31,651 nt of DNA from an uncultured bacterium (lineage in GTDB: Bacteria > Hydrothermota > UBA3072), in the NCBI GenBank assembly GCA_964422805.1, contig CAYRCN010000001.1, positions 1 to 31,651 on the forward strand. The letters run 5' to 3'. The notes beneath the pieces are model-generated. The model ran no database searches. It saw nothing but the letters and a program-made list of their open reading frames with translations, and had not been told where the DNA came from. Of the stretch, positions 16,472 through 26,356 are shown piece after piece. Numbering within the stretch: position 1 is the first letter of the stretch; each line of letters opens with the position of its first letter. A program made the position numbers and the translations under genes.

Positions 16472-17423
16472 TCAAATCAAGACACTTTTCGTAGAAATCT
16501 CTGTAGTCCGTCTTTGATGGATCTTCATTGTTGAGTTTAAGAAACTCCATTGCATCTCTGGGATGTAAATTCAATATCCCGGCTACCATATAAGGAATAT
16601 TATATCCCCATGTAATTTCTTTCTGTAGGGGCATGATATGTTTTCCTATAACTTCCAGGATTGGCCTTATATCAAATTTCGGATTTTTGAGAAAAGACAT
16701 CAAAAGCTCCAGAGGGCAGTTACCTGCGGCTCTTCCGATTCCATAAAGCGTACCATCTACGTAGTTCGCTCCCCTTATTATACCCTGTATTGTATTGGCA
16801 AAGGCGAGCTGCTGATGATTATGACAGTGTACACCTATTTCCCTGTCTTTTATGTATTTTTTGTACTTATCATAATAAAAATCTATATCTTCACTATATA
16901 GAGCCCCAAAACTGTCTACAATATATACCGCAATTGTTTTTGTTTCTTCTTGTATTTGTTGTAACGCTTCGTCCAACTCCCAATCCACTGCGTGTGAAAT
17001 TGCCATAACGTTTATTGTCGCTTCATAACCGTTGTCGACCGCAGCATTAGCAGTTTTTATTGCCGTATCGATGTCTTTGACATAAGTAGCAACTCTGATG
17101 ATATCTACGGGGCTTCCTTCTCTTGGCATTATATCGTCTAATGTGCTCTTATGTGCATCCATCATCACTGAAAGTTTAGTTTCGGTTTCGATACCATCTA
17201 CAATTTTTTTAAGGTCTTCGTCGTTGCAGAATCTCCAGGGACCGTATTCATCCGTAGAAAACATCTCCTTACTGTTTCTATAGCCAAGCTCGACAATATC
17301 TACACCCGCTTCACATACGGCTTTGTAAACAGCCCTTACAGTTTCGAACGGGAACTTTGAATTATTCATCAGCCCCCCGTCTCTTATAGTACAATCAACA
17401 ACTGTTATTTCCGGTCTATACAT
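16467..17423 (-). CDS. HMGL-like / DRE-TIM metallolyase (aldolase catalytic domain; 4-hydroxy-2-oxovalerate aldolase / pyruvate carboxyltransferase-like)
   Basis: 318 aa; DCTIRDGG, metal-binding HCHN, DGTLYGIGRAAGN; AAGGAG SD. Confidence 0.82.
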   Translation of the reverse strand: MYRPEITVVDCTIRDGGLMNNSKFPFETVRAVYKAVCEAGVDIVELGYRNSKEMFSTDEYGPWRFCNDEDLKKIVDGIETETKLSVMMDAHKSTLDDIMPREGSPVDIIRVATYVKDIDTAIKTANAAVDNGYEATINVMAISHAVDWELDEALQQIQEETKTIAVYIVDSFGALYSEDIDFYYDKYKKYIKDREIGVHCHNHQQLAFANTIQGIIRGANYVDGTLYGIGRAAGNCPLELLMSFLKNPKFDIRPILEVIGKHIMPLQKEITWGYNIPYMVAGILNLHPRDAMEFLKLNNEDPSKTDYRDFYEKCLDLI

Positions 17424-17457
17424 AAAAAACTCCTTTTATATAAAAAATTCTTTTGAG

Positions 17458-17485
17458 AGTATACTAAAACCTTTAAATAAGTCAA
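17458..17485 (-). promoter_or_regulatory. Promoter of the aldolase gene (TTGACT-16-TATACT)
   Basis: Minus-strand hexamers at 17485-17480 and 17463-17458. Confidence 0.65.
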
Positions 17486-17588
17486 GAGTATGTTCCGGAA
17501 CAATGTTTTGGTTGGGAAAAAGATATAATTAAAAAAGGGGGGTAGCTATGTGCATTCTGTGGTAAAAATGGGGGTTGGGGTTTGCCTC

Positions 17589-17616
17589 TTGACATATGTG
17601 GTAATGAAATTATACT
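17589..17616 (+). promoter_or_regulatory. Promoter upstream of the Zn-ribbon/comM cluster (TTGACA-16-TATACT)
   Basis: Hexamers at 17589-17594 and 17611-17616. Confidence 0.7.
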
Positions 17617-17719
17617 TTATTTAAAGAAGCAATGGTTAGTCGAGGCGTAGAACACAGATAGAGTTGATTGTTGTAATAAGTAAATATTTATAGTTTAAAA
17701 CTTATAAAGGGAGGAGGAA

Positions 17720-17929
17720 GTGGATTTACCTATGGAATATCCCAAATGTCAAAAATGTAATTTTGGCGTGCTTATCCCCCTATCGGATTACGGACAGGGT
17801 GGTGCATCAATACCATACAAAGCATGGGTATGCACAAATCCGGATTGTCATTTTCACATCCGAATAGACAACGGAGAGCTCAGTTATGGTACGGGTATCG
17901 GTGTAAGCCAAAAGCAACAAAAGAGTTAA
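17720..17929 (+). CDS. Small putative Zn-ribbon protein (CxxC-N24-CxxxxC)
   Basis: 69 aa; CQKC...LIPLSDYG...YKAWVCTNPDC; strong GGAGGAGG SD before GTG (ATG 17732 is an alternative start). Confidence 0.75.
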   Translation: MDLPMEYPKCQKCNFGVLIPLSDYGQGGASIPYKAWVCTNPDCHFHIRIDNGELSYGTGIGVSQKQQKS

Positions 17930-17946
17930 AAATTTAGAAAGATATA

Positions 17947-19485
17947 TTGGAGCTTTCCAGAGTTTTTTCCTGCGCTCTTCAAGGAATTGAAGCAAAGATC
18001 GTTGAAGTCGAAGTAAGCCTTTCAAGAGGATTGCCTTCTTTTTCAATAGTCGGATTGCCGGAAGCAGCGGTAAAAGAGTCAAGAGAAAGAGTCGAATCTG
18101 CAATAAAAAGTGTGAATTTCGAATTTCCGCTAAAGAAGATTACAGTTAATCTTGCTCCTGCAGATATAAAAAAGGAAGGAACCTCTCTTGACCTTCCAAT
18201 AGCCCTCGCTATTTTATCCGCTTCAGGTCAAATTGATCCTGGTAAGTTAAAAAATGCGTTGATTGTTGGGGAGCTTGCTCTCGACGGAAGAATCAGAAGG
18301 GTAAGAGGCGTTTTATCCGCTTCCATTCTGGCCAAGGAAAACAAAATAGAACGAATGGTGGTACCTTTTTTGAATGCTGAAGAAGCAGGAGTTGTAAAAG
18401 GGGCAGCAATATATCCGGTGAACAATATAAACGAATGTATCGACACCCTCGGGGATGGCAGAAAAGAACCTTTTTTAGTGGATCTCGACGAGATTTTCAG
18501 AGAAACTTCGAAGTTTGACCTTGATTTCTCGGATGTTAAAGGTCAGGATACGGCAAAAAGAGCTCTTGAAGTTGCTGTTGCCGGCGGCCACAATGTCTTG
18601 ATGATAGGCCCTCCTGGTTCAGGTAAAACAATGCTTGCAAAAAGAATACCGACAATTTTGCCTTTAATGAATATTGAAGAAGCTATTGAAACTACAAAGA
18701 TTCATTCCGTAGTTGGAGCTTTGCCTCCAAAAGTCTCACTAATAGCAAAAAGACCTTTCCGGTCGCCTCATCACACGATTTCTTATGCAGGACTCATAGG
18801 AGGAGGTACTTATCCTCAGCCGGGAGAAGTCAGTTTGGCTCACAATGGAGTTTTGTTCTTAGACGAATTACCAGAGTTTAACAGAAATGTTCTCGAAGTG
18901 CTTCGTCAGCCACTTGAAGATGGTTTTGTAACTATTTCCAGAGCCAAAAGTACAATAGCTTATCCTGCTCGCTTTATGCTTATAGGTGCTATGAATCCAT
19001 GCCCTTGCGGATATTTTGGAGATGCTTATAGAGAATGCAATTGTACCCCTTCAAAGATAGACCGGTACCGCAGTAAGATTTCAGGGCCTCTACTTGACAG
19101 AATTGATATGCATGTTACTGTTGGTAGAGTTAAATATAATGAGATTATGGACATGAAAGAAGGAGAAAGCTCAAAATCTATCAGGAAGAGAATAGAAAAG
19201 TGCCGGAAAATACAAGAAAAAAGATACAAAGAAGAAAATTTATATTTTAATGCGCATCTTGATTCTAAAAAGATAAGAAAATATTGCCTCATCGACGAAA
19301 AAAGCAGAACTCTGCTTAACTCAGCGATGGATAAATTCGGCTTCTCCGCGAGAGCTGTAGACAGAATTTTAAAAATGGCAAGAACTATTTCCGATCTGGA
19401 AGAGGAAAAGGATATACAATCTCAACATATAGCAGAAGCAATCCAGTATAGAACTCTTGATCGTAAACTATGGTTGACGAAATAG
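17947..19485 (+). CDS. comM: YifB/ComM Mg-chelatase-like AAA+ ATPase
   Basis: 512 aa; GLPEAAVKESRERV, VNLAPADIKKEG, GPPGSGKT, RPFRSPHHT, GEVSLAHNGVLFLDE, NPCPCG, LLDRID. Confidence 0.93.
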   Translation: MELSRVFSCALQGIEAKIVEVEVSLSRGLPSFSIVGLPEAAVKESRERVESAIKSVNFEFPLKKITVNLAPADIKKEGTSLDLPIALAILSASGQIDPGKLKNALIVGELALDGRIRRVRGVLSASILAKENKIERMVVPFLNAEEAGVVKGAAIYPVNNINECIDTLGDGRKEPFLVDLDEIFRETSKFDLDFSDVKGQDTAKRALEVAVAGGHNVLMIGPPGSGKTMLAKRIPTILPLMNIEEAIETTKIHSVVGALPPKVSLIAKRPFRSPHHTISYAGLIGGGTYPQPGEVSLAHNGVLFLDELPEFNRNVLEVLRQPLEDGFVTISRAKSTIAYPARFMLIGAMNPCPCGYFGDAYRECNCTPSKIDRYRSKISGPLLDRIDMHVTVGRVKYNEIMDMKEGESSKSIRKRIEKCRKIQEKRYKEENLYFNAHLDSKKIRKYCLIDEKSRTLLNSAMDKFGFSARAVDRILKMARTISDLEEEKDIQSQHIAEAIQYRTLDRKLWLTK

Positions 19486-19585
19486 TAAGGACATGCTCCA
19501 AATGCAAGAAAAATGGAACTACCTATGTATTACATGGGTCTAATATATTGGGATTGGAATTTATGCTAAGTTCTGGTGATTAGAA

Positions 19586-20029
19586 TTGGGAAAAGATAAA
19601 GAAGAAAAAAAAAGCAATAAGGATATAGAGAAATTAAAAGACGATATCTCTCTTGAGGAAGCGGAGCCTAAAAGGAAGAGACTTCTGCAAGTATTAGTAT
19701 TATTCTTGACAGGTGGAATTATAATAACTTTAGGAATCTACTTGAGGTGGGACAAACGGATAATTGGTATAGGGGTTTTTCTTTTTGGTCTTGTATCTCA
19801 AGGCTGGTCGAGTCTGGTTTCTCTTTTGGGAGGAGTTCCTGTTGTTGGGAGTATTATTGTAAGATTCCTGGCTCTTCCTTTACTTTTCCTTGTTAATGGT
19901 ATTGGGAATCTTTTAGCTTTTATAGCGATTAAAATGGGTTATAAGAAAGAAATAATGGATACAAAGTTGCTTGCCTGGACTTTTGCGGGCGGGCTTTTAA
20001 TAGGATTCATAATAGGAGGATTAATATGA
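19586..20029 (+). CDS. Hypothetical membrane protein (3-4 TM)
   Basis: 147 aa; charged N-terminus followed by hydrophobic helices; TTG start; its TGA overlaps the next ATG. Confidence 0.7.
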   Translation: MGKDKEEKKSNKDIEKLKDDISLEEAEPKRKRLLQVLVLFLTGGIIITLGIYLRWDKRIIGIGVFLFGLVSQGWSSLVSLLGGVPVVGSIIVRFLALPLLFLVNGIGNLLAFIAIKMGYKKEIMDTKLLAWTFAGGLLIGFIIGGLI

Positions 20030-22824
20030 TTTTGTTGCTTTTCCTAACATCTCAATATCTCTTTGAGCAAAACAAAATTCAATACACTTCGCATGAATGG
20101 ATGATGCATAAAACAGAACATTTTCACATATATTACTATAAGAGTGAGAAAGTTTTAGTACCTTTTGCGGCAGATGTTTTAGAAGAAAGTTATAATAGAC
20201 TGAGAAAGAGATTTAATTATAAAGAGAGAAAAAACGAGGATGCGATCCCTGTAATACTGTACAAATCTCATCCGGACTTTCAGGGAACTAACGTAATTCT
20301 TGATAGAATACCTGAGGGCGTGGGAGGTTTCGCAGAGCTTTTCAAGAATCGTATCGTGATTCCCTTTAACGGTTCTTACTCTGACTTCAGGCATGTTCTC
20401 AACCATGAGTTAGTGCACATTTTCCAATACCGTATTCTTTACGGTACAGGAGTAAACGCTATTAAAAGGGCAATAACTTCCAGTATTCCTCTCTGGTTTA
20501 TTGAAGGTATGGCAGAATTGGAATCGCTGGGATGGGATCAGAGTGCCGAAACATATATAAGAGACGCTGTTTTAAATAATAAGCTCTTTACTATACCTCA
20601 ATTGAGTAGAATTGGCGGATATCCTATATATAAAGAAGGGCAATCGGTTCTATACTATATAAGAGAGAAATATGGCGATGAAAAAATAGGTGAAATAATG
20701 AGTAAACTTAAAATCACTAATTCTTTTGAAGGAGCTATTGTTAGCGTTCTGGGTATAGATATGGATCGTTTGAACTCTGAATGGACTAAAGAATTAAAGA
20801 AAGAGTATTGGCCAATTATTGAAGGGAAACAGTATATAAGTGAAATAGCAAGGCCTATTGTAACACATAGTGGTTTTGAGGATCTTTATAACTATGCTCC
20901 CGCTGTATCTCCCTCGGGTGATAAAATAGTATATTTTACAGATGAAGTGGGTGAAGTTCAAATCAGGCTTGTTTCTTCTCTAACTAAAGAAGATTTAGGA
21001 TTACTGGTCAAAGGCGGGCGTTCTGCCATGTATGAGTCTTTACATCTGATGGAGGGACACGTTAGCTTTTCACCCGATGGAGAAAGAATTATTTTTCCTG
21101 CTATGGTAAAGGGTAAAGACGTGCTTTATATTTTTGATATAAGAGAAAGAAGGATATTGAAAAAAATCGATTTGCAATTAGACCTGATAAGATGGCCCGA
21201 ATTCTCTCCCGACGGTACAAGAATCGCATTTGTTGGTTTAAAAAATGGGGCTTCCGATATTTACGTGTACGACCTTCAAAGCGGAACCCTTGTAAATGTA
21301 ACACATGACAGATATTCAGATAATTATCCAGCCTGGAAAGGAGATTCTTTGTTTTTCGTGAGTGACAGACCGGAGACAGAACAATGGGATTATAACACAA
21401 ACATGTTATACCTGACCGATTTAAAAGGAAATATAAAAAAGTACCTCTCATTTGGCAAACAGATTATAGCTCCTAAAGTTTATAATTCTGACGTTTACTT
21501 TATTTCTTACAGAGACGGAGGTAAAAATTTGTATGTATATAAATCCGATTCGTCGGTCGTGAAACAACTTACGGATCTTATCGGGTCAGTAGACGACTTT
21601 TCGATCTCGAATGCCGGACATATAGCTGTATCTATATATTCGGATCTCGGCTGGGATATATATTTTATTGATTCTGTAGAAGAGCTGACAGAAAAAGAAC
21701 CAAATCCTCCCAGGGAATTAAAAAAAGAAGAAGAAATTCCTGTAATTCTTGCGGAAGAAGATAAAATGAAAAAAGACAGCAGAGCTCCTTTGCATTTCGG
21801 AGTTGACTACTTTACAGGAACTCTTGGCTATTATTCAGATTACGGTGTTTATGGATATTTGGCATTAGGGATGAGTGATATGCTTGGGAATCATCAGGTT
21901 TACGCCTTATTCAATAATACAGATCTTACCGAGAGTAGTTTCTACATTATGTATTTATATCTGAAGCGGAGAGTCGACCTTGCTGCATCTTTGGTAAGAC
22001 AGAAAGGTGTTTTTTCAGTAAGCGAAGGTTACCTGGCCGGAGATATTTGGAACTTAAACACAGATGTTATATTTCCTATTGATAGGTTCAAAAGAATCGA
22101 AATGGGTTTAGGTTCTTACTATCTTGCAGGGAATTTACTTGTACCGCTTGAAGGTTATCCTGGCTGGTATGTGGAAACACGCTCGGACCTACCAGGGTTT
22201 GGTTTACTGGGAAACATATCTCTGATTCAAGATAATAGCACCTGGGGTTATATGAATCCTGTAAAAGGGTTCAGGGGCAGAATTTCTTACAGTAGACCGC
22301 TTCTTGCAGGTGAGAATCTTTGGGATATTAGTACTGTCTCGACCGATCTTAGAAAGTACTTTTATTTAAGCAGTGACTATAGCTTTGCCTTACGTTTTTT
22401 GATAATACACAGTTGGGGTAGAGATAGCTGGGATTTCGGAACTGTTGGAATCGGGGGAGGGCGTTCGGTTAGAGGATACGATTATAATACTCAAATCGGG
22501 AGCACCGCGGGCCTATTAAGTCTGGAATTGAGAATGCCTTTGATAAAGAGGTTGGATCTTGGGTTTCCTCCTATATCGTTGGGAGGTATTGAAGGAGCAC
22601 TCTTCACTGATATAGGAGTAGCGACTGATGATTACAAGGCATTACGAATCTTGACCACTGAAAATAATTGGATAAAGCTCGCCGATCCTATTATGTCATT
22701 TGGTGTGGAGTTCAGGCTCAACCTTGGAATAACGATTTTAAACTTTGATATCTCGAGAAGGACCGATTTAAACACGATCTTACCGGACTTCCATTACGAC
22801 CTTCACTTAGGGTTGCCGTTTTAG
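20026..22824 (+). CDS. Peptidase-MA-like domain + TolB/PD40 beta-propeller + Omp85/BamA-type barrel (WD40-Omp85 type)
   Basis: 932 aa; HELVH (20404-20418) with WFIEGMAE; repeats PAVSPSG, VSFSPDG, PEFSPDG; loop-6 VRGY (22468-22479); terminal LGLPF. Confidence 0.82.
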   Translation: MILLLFLTSQYLFEQNKIQYTSHEWMMHKTEHFHIYYYKSEKVLVPFAADVLEESYNRLRKRFNYKERKNEDAIPVILYKSHPDFQGTNVILDRIPEGVGGFAELFKNRIVIPFNGSYSDFRHVLNHELVHIFQYRILYGTGVNAIKRAITSSIPLWFIEGMAELESLGWDQSAETYIRDAVLNNKLFTIPQLSRIGGYPIYKEGQSVLYYIREKYGDEKIGEIMSKLKITNSFEGAIVSVLGIDMDRLNSEWTKELKKEYWPIIEGKQYISEIARPIVTHSGFEDLYNYAPAVSPSGDKIVYFTDEVGEVQIRLVSSLTKEDLGLLVKGGRSAMYESLHLMEGHVSFSPDGERIIFPAMVKGKDVLYIFDIRERRILKKIDLQLDLIRWPEFSPDGTRIAFVGLKNGASDIYVYDLQSGTLVNVTHDRYSDNYPAWKGDSLFFVSDRPETEQWDYNTNMLYLTDLKGNIKKYLSFGKQIIAPKVYNSDVYFISYRDGGKNLYVYKSDSSVVKQLTDLIGSVDDFSISNAGHIAVSIYSDLGWDIYFIDSVEELTEKEPNPPRELKKEEEIPVILAEEDKMKKDSRAPLHFGVDYFTGTLGYYSDYGVYGYLALGMSDMLGNHQVYALFNNTDLTESSFYIMYLYLKRRVDLAASLVRQKGVFSVSEGYLAGDIWNLNTDVIFPIDRFKRIEMGLGSYYLAGNLLVPLEGYPGWYVETRSDLPGFGLLGNISLIQDNSTWGYMNPVKGFRGRISYSRPLLAGENLWDISTVSTDLRKYFYLSSDYSFALRFLIIHSWGRDSWDFGTVGIGGGRSVRGYDYNTQIGSTAGLLSLELRMPLIKRLDLGFPPISLGGIEGALFTDIGVATDDYKALRILTTENNWIKLADPIMSFGVEFRLNLGITILNFDISRRTDLNTILPDFHYDLHLGLPF

Positions 22825-22897
22825 ATAAGTCCTTGATGAGCGAAATCTTTAATCGGCTCAAAACATCTGATTTAACTTTTTCTTTGGGGAACAATAT

Positions 22898-23482
22898 ATG
22901 GTTATCGGAGTAACAGGTAATACAGGTACGGGTAAAACCGTAATTTGTGAGCTTTTTAAAGAAAAAGGAGCGCATCTTATCTCCTGCGATGAGCTTGGAT
23001 GGGGAGTTTTAAAGGAGTCGCATATAATTAGTCAAATAGCGGACAACTTCAAGGAAGTAATAGAAAACGGGAACGTGAATAGAGAAAGACTTGGAGCCAT
23101 AGTTTTTGGCAATAAGGATAAACTTAAAACCTTTAATGAAATAGTTCATCCTGAACTTCTTAAACAACTTCAAAAATCAATTGAGTCGTCAAACAAAAAA
23201 ATAGTGGTAGTAGATGGGGCTCTAATATTTGAATGGAGAATTGAAAACTGGTTCGATTATATAGTCCTTTTAGTCTCGACGCTCGAAGATAAGAAAAAAA
23301 GACTAAAAGCTAAAGGATTAAGCGAGGAAATCATAATGGGCAGGCTTAATTCTCAAGGTGACAGTGATAAATTCGTTAAATTCTCGGATTTTATAATCGA
23401 AAATGACGGAGATTTAGAAAGTTTAAGAAATAATGCCAAGTGGGTATGGGATCAATTAACAAAAAGTAGAAAAAGCTCCTAA
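22898..23482 (+). CDS. coaE: Dephospho-CoA kinase
   Basis: 194 aa; VIGVTGNTGTGKT, NRERLGAIVF, LNEIVHP-like segment, DFIIENDG. Confidence 0.92.
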   Translation: MVIGVTGNTGTGKTVICELFKEKGAHLISCDELGWGVLKESHIISQIADNFKEVIENGNVNRERLGAIVFGNKDKLKTFNEIVHPELLKQLQKSIESSNKKIVVVDGALIFEWRIENWFDYIVLLVSTLEDKKKRLKAKGLSEEIIMGRLNSQGDSDKFVKFSDFIIENDGDLESLRNNAKWVWDQLTKSRKSS

Positions 23483-23486
23483 AATG

Positions 23487-24677
23487 CTATTCTGCTTGAT
23501 TTTTAAATTGTTTTTTTTCTTCTTTGATATATATGTCTCTCTGAGGAAAAGGAATTTCTATATTATTTTCTTTTAAGGTTTTCCATATCGCGTAGCGTAT
23601 TTCACTTTCAATTTCTACCTTTTTCAATGCGTTGTCTGTCCAAACTGAAACCTGAAAATTTAGAGAGCTTTCTCCGAAATTAGTAAAGTATACAGTAACT
23701 TCTGGTTTCTTCAAGATATTTTCAAGTTTCGATAGATTCTCAATCAAAATCTCTTTGACCTTAAAAGGGTCAGAAGAATAAGATACGCCAATTGGAATAT
23801 CTAACCGGATTATGGGATCAGAATGGGTGTAGTTAATTAATTCATTATTAACGAGGTTCATGTTTGGAACGATTACTTCAACATTGTTAAATGTCTTTAT
23901 TGTAGTTGTCCTGATTCCAACCGCCTCAACCCTACCAAGAAGACCGTTAACTTCGATTAGATCGTTATGAACTATAGTCTTGTCAGAAAGCAAAACAAAT
24001 CCGCTTATAAGGTTGTTCACTATTTCACGAAGACCGAACCCAATACCCACACCGAGAGCTCCAATCAATACTTTAAGGGAAGTAAAGTCTATGTTTACTA
24101 TTGCAAAAGCTACAAAGACTCCTATTGTTATTATCGCGTAACGAACCAACATTGAAATGGTATTAGTCCTCGTTGTATCGAGAAAAGGTACTTTTTCAAG
24201 GCGTGATTTTGCGGATATTTCTAATCCTTTAGACAGTCTGAATGATAAGTAGAAAATCAATATCGCTACGATAAACCCGTTCAAGCTTATTTTCTTATCT
24301 CCGATATTAATTCTGGGATTAGTAAGGAAAAATATTACGGTGTTCAGATAACCTGACTTATGAAGAACAGCCATCGCTATTACAAAAATGCCCAGTATCG
24401 TAATAAGCTTTAGATTAATTTTATTTCGCCGGAAGTTCATTAAAAGAGACAGAAAAAAAAGAAAAACGAATGTATAAAGAGAAAAGAAAGTCGTCTTTTT
24501 AAAATATTCTTCCGCAAGAAACCCTGTTTTGGAAAATATAAGACCACATAGAATTAAACAAAGAGGTAACGCCGAATAATAAACTATACTTTTGACTTCT
24601 TCTCTCTGTTTCTTAGTCAATAAAACAATTAAAGAATAAACAAATATACTTCCTGCTAATGTGTAAATCAATCCCAT
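23487..24677 (-). CDS. mscS: MscS-family mechanosensitive channel with extra N-terminal TMs
   Basis: 396 aa; LIGALGVGIGFGLREIVNNLISG, IGIRTTTI, VPN, FTNFGESSLNF, IEIPFPQRDI. Confidence 0.9.
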   Translation of the reverse strand: MGLIYTLAGSIFVYSLIVLLTKKQREEVKSIVYYSALPLCLILCGLIFSKTGFLAEEYFKKTTFFSLYTFVFLFFLSLLMNFRRNKINLKLITILGIFVIAMAVLHKSGYLNTVIFFLTNPRINIGDKKISLNGFIVAILIFYLSFRLSKGLEISAKSRLEKVPFLDTTRTNTISMLVRYAIITIGVFVAFAIVNIDFTSLKVLIGALGVGIGFGLREIVNNLISGFVLLSDKTIVHNDLIEVNGLLGRVEAVGIRTTTIKTFNNVEVIVPNMNLVNNELINYTHSDPIIRLDIPIGVSYSSDPFKVKEILIENLSKLENILKKPEVTVYFTNFGESSLNFQVSVWTDNALKKVEIESEIRYAIWKTLKENNIEIPFPQRDIYIKEEKKQFKNQAE

Positions 24678-24689
24678 TGGCTGTTTATG

Positions 24690-26339
24690 TTAACCGCTTG
24701 TAATTTTATGTAGATTTTCGGCGATTTCAGCTGTTTCCTGTGAAGTTGTAGAGAGTTCTTCGACTGAAGCCGACAACTCTTCTATAGCTGCTGATAATTC
24801 CTCGGAAGACGCGGCGTTTTCTTCTGCTATTGCCGCAATATTTTCAAGCGCTTCCGTAATTGTATTGACTTCCTCTTCTCCTCTTTTGTTGATTTCGGCA
24901 ATCTGTCTAATCCTTTTTGTTATATGATTTATCTCGGCAGCAATGTCTTTCAAAAAATCAGCGGATTTTAGAGAGGTTTCTTTGCCTTTATTTACTTCTT
25001 CCACTGTTTCCTGTGTTTTTTGTGTTACCAAATTTATCACTCCGGAGATTTCATTTGTTATCTCAGAGATTACTCTGGTAGCTTCAGAAGATTGATTTGC
25101 CAGTTTTCTTATTTCATCTGCGACCACAGCAAAACCTCTTCCTGTTTCTCCGGCTTTTGTCGCTTCTATTGTCGCGTTAAGTGCAAGGATGTTTGTTCTT
25201 TTGCTTATTTCTCGCACTTTTTCTGTTATTCCCAGTATTTCTTCCGAATACCGCGCTATGCCCTGAATTACTTCTTCCAATTCATGAATGGTGTTTGTAA
25301 CATTATCCATGGCAACCCTAACTGCTTCTGAAGATTTTTTGCCTTTTCCTGAAAGTTCAGAAATGTTCTCGGAAGAACTTAAAGTTTCCTGTGCGGAATC
25401 TAAAGATTGACGGACGACCGTTAGAGCTTTTTGGGACATTCCGGAGGCAATCTGTGATTCCTGTGCCTGTTTTTCCGAAGCGTGCGCAATTTGCTCCATA
25501 GTAGAAGAAACCTCTTCCGCAGAGGCAGTCATCTCCTCGGCAGAAGCAGAGAGTTCTTCGGCCTGGGCAGAGATCCTTTCGGCAACCTGACGAATTGAGT
25601 CCTTATCCTTCTCTAATTTATCCACGAATTGATTGAAGGAAGCAGCCAGTTCTTTGCTTTCCGCAGTAAGAAACTTTTCGGATATTCTGACATGAATATC
25701 CGCTCTTCCTTCGGCTATGTTTTTTAAATTTTCCCTCAATTTGTTTAAAGGACGGAAAAAATAATTCAATAGTTCTAAAGTTCCAAGGAGAGAAATGATA
25801 GTAATGACAAGAAGAATTTTAAGCAAAGCTGAGGAAAGTCTCTTTGTAACCGCAAAAGATTCCTGAAGTGCTATTCCTGCTCTGAAAACTCCGATTACTT
25901 TGTCTGTCCTCATTCCTCCGTAAACGGGAAAATAACAATCTAGGAGTCTCTGGTTTTCTATTTCCTTTACGGGTGCAATTTCTTCTCCTTCTTTTATTTT
26001 AGCCATAATTTCTTCCGGCAGCGTATCAGTTATTTGTATTTTGCCTATTTCGGTAAATACATTCCCGGATAAATCGTATACTTTTAAATATAAAATATCT
26101 TTTCTTTCTGAAAGCTCTGAGAGTGATGACTCAAGAAAAGAAGGATTTTTAGAATTCAAACTGAATTCTAAAGTGGCATTAATTGAACTAAGTATGTTTT
26201 CACCTCTGCTTTTTAGAAGAGTGTTGAACTCTGATTTTACTATATTATGAACTAATATTAAAGTCAGTATGTTTAACGTTAAAATTATAGCAATTAAAAG
26301 TACGGAAATCTGAACTTTTAATGAATTAAATTTTATCAT
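24690..26339 (-). CDS. Methyl-accepting chemotaxis protein
   Basis: TM-sensor-TM-HAMP-signalling architecture; [36 protein letters not shown] 26339 follows AGGAGG (the ORF-track TTG start at 26354 reads through the SD). Confidence 0.9.
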   Translation of the reverse strand: MIKFNSLKVQISVLLIAIILTLNILTLILVHNIVKSEFNTLLKSRGENILSSINATLEFSLNSKNPSFLESSLSELSERKDILYLKVYDLSGNVFTEIGKIQITDTLPEEIMAKIKEGEEIAPVKEIENQRLLDCYFPVYGGMRTDKVIGVFRAGIALQESFAVTKRLSSALLKILLVITIISLLGTLELLNYFFRPLNKLRENLKNIAEGRADIHVRISEKFLTAESKELAASFNQFVDKLEKDKDSIRQVAERISAQAEELSASAEEMTASAEEVSSTMEQIAHASEKQAQESQIASGMSQKALTVVRQSLDSAQETLSSSENISELSGKGKKSSEAVRVAMDNVTNTIHELEEVIQGIARYSEEILGITEKVREISKRTNILALNATIEATKAGETGRGFAVVADEIRKLANQSSEATRVISEITNEISGVINLVTQKTQETVEEVNKGKETSLKSADFLKDIAAEINHITKRIRQIAEINKRGEEEVNTITEALENIAAIAEENAASSEELSAAIEELSASVEELSTTSQETAEIAENLHKITSG

Positions 26340-26356
26340 TAGACCTCCTAACAATA

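Noticed and set aside
16286-16534. 82-aa ORF from the track downstream of blaI
   Set aside because: Wrong frame; the M56-like signal is in the 16251 frame, and this ORF crosses the repeat and the antisense aldolase end.
17569-17582. tgggggt tggggtt as a fifth heptamer locus (also ttaggtg ttagggt at 30047-30060)
   Set aside because: Only two units each; not distinguishable from chance.
17623-17719. Leader as a lysine or other riboswitch (GAGGCGTAG..)
   Set aside because: Too short and AT-rich, with no convincing helices; an Infernal/Rfam search would be needed.
26340-26354. TTG start for the MCP
   Set aside because: These codons are the SD (AGGAGG) for ATG 26339.
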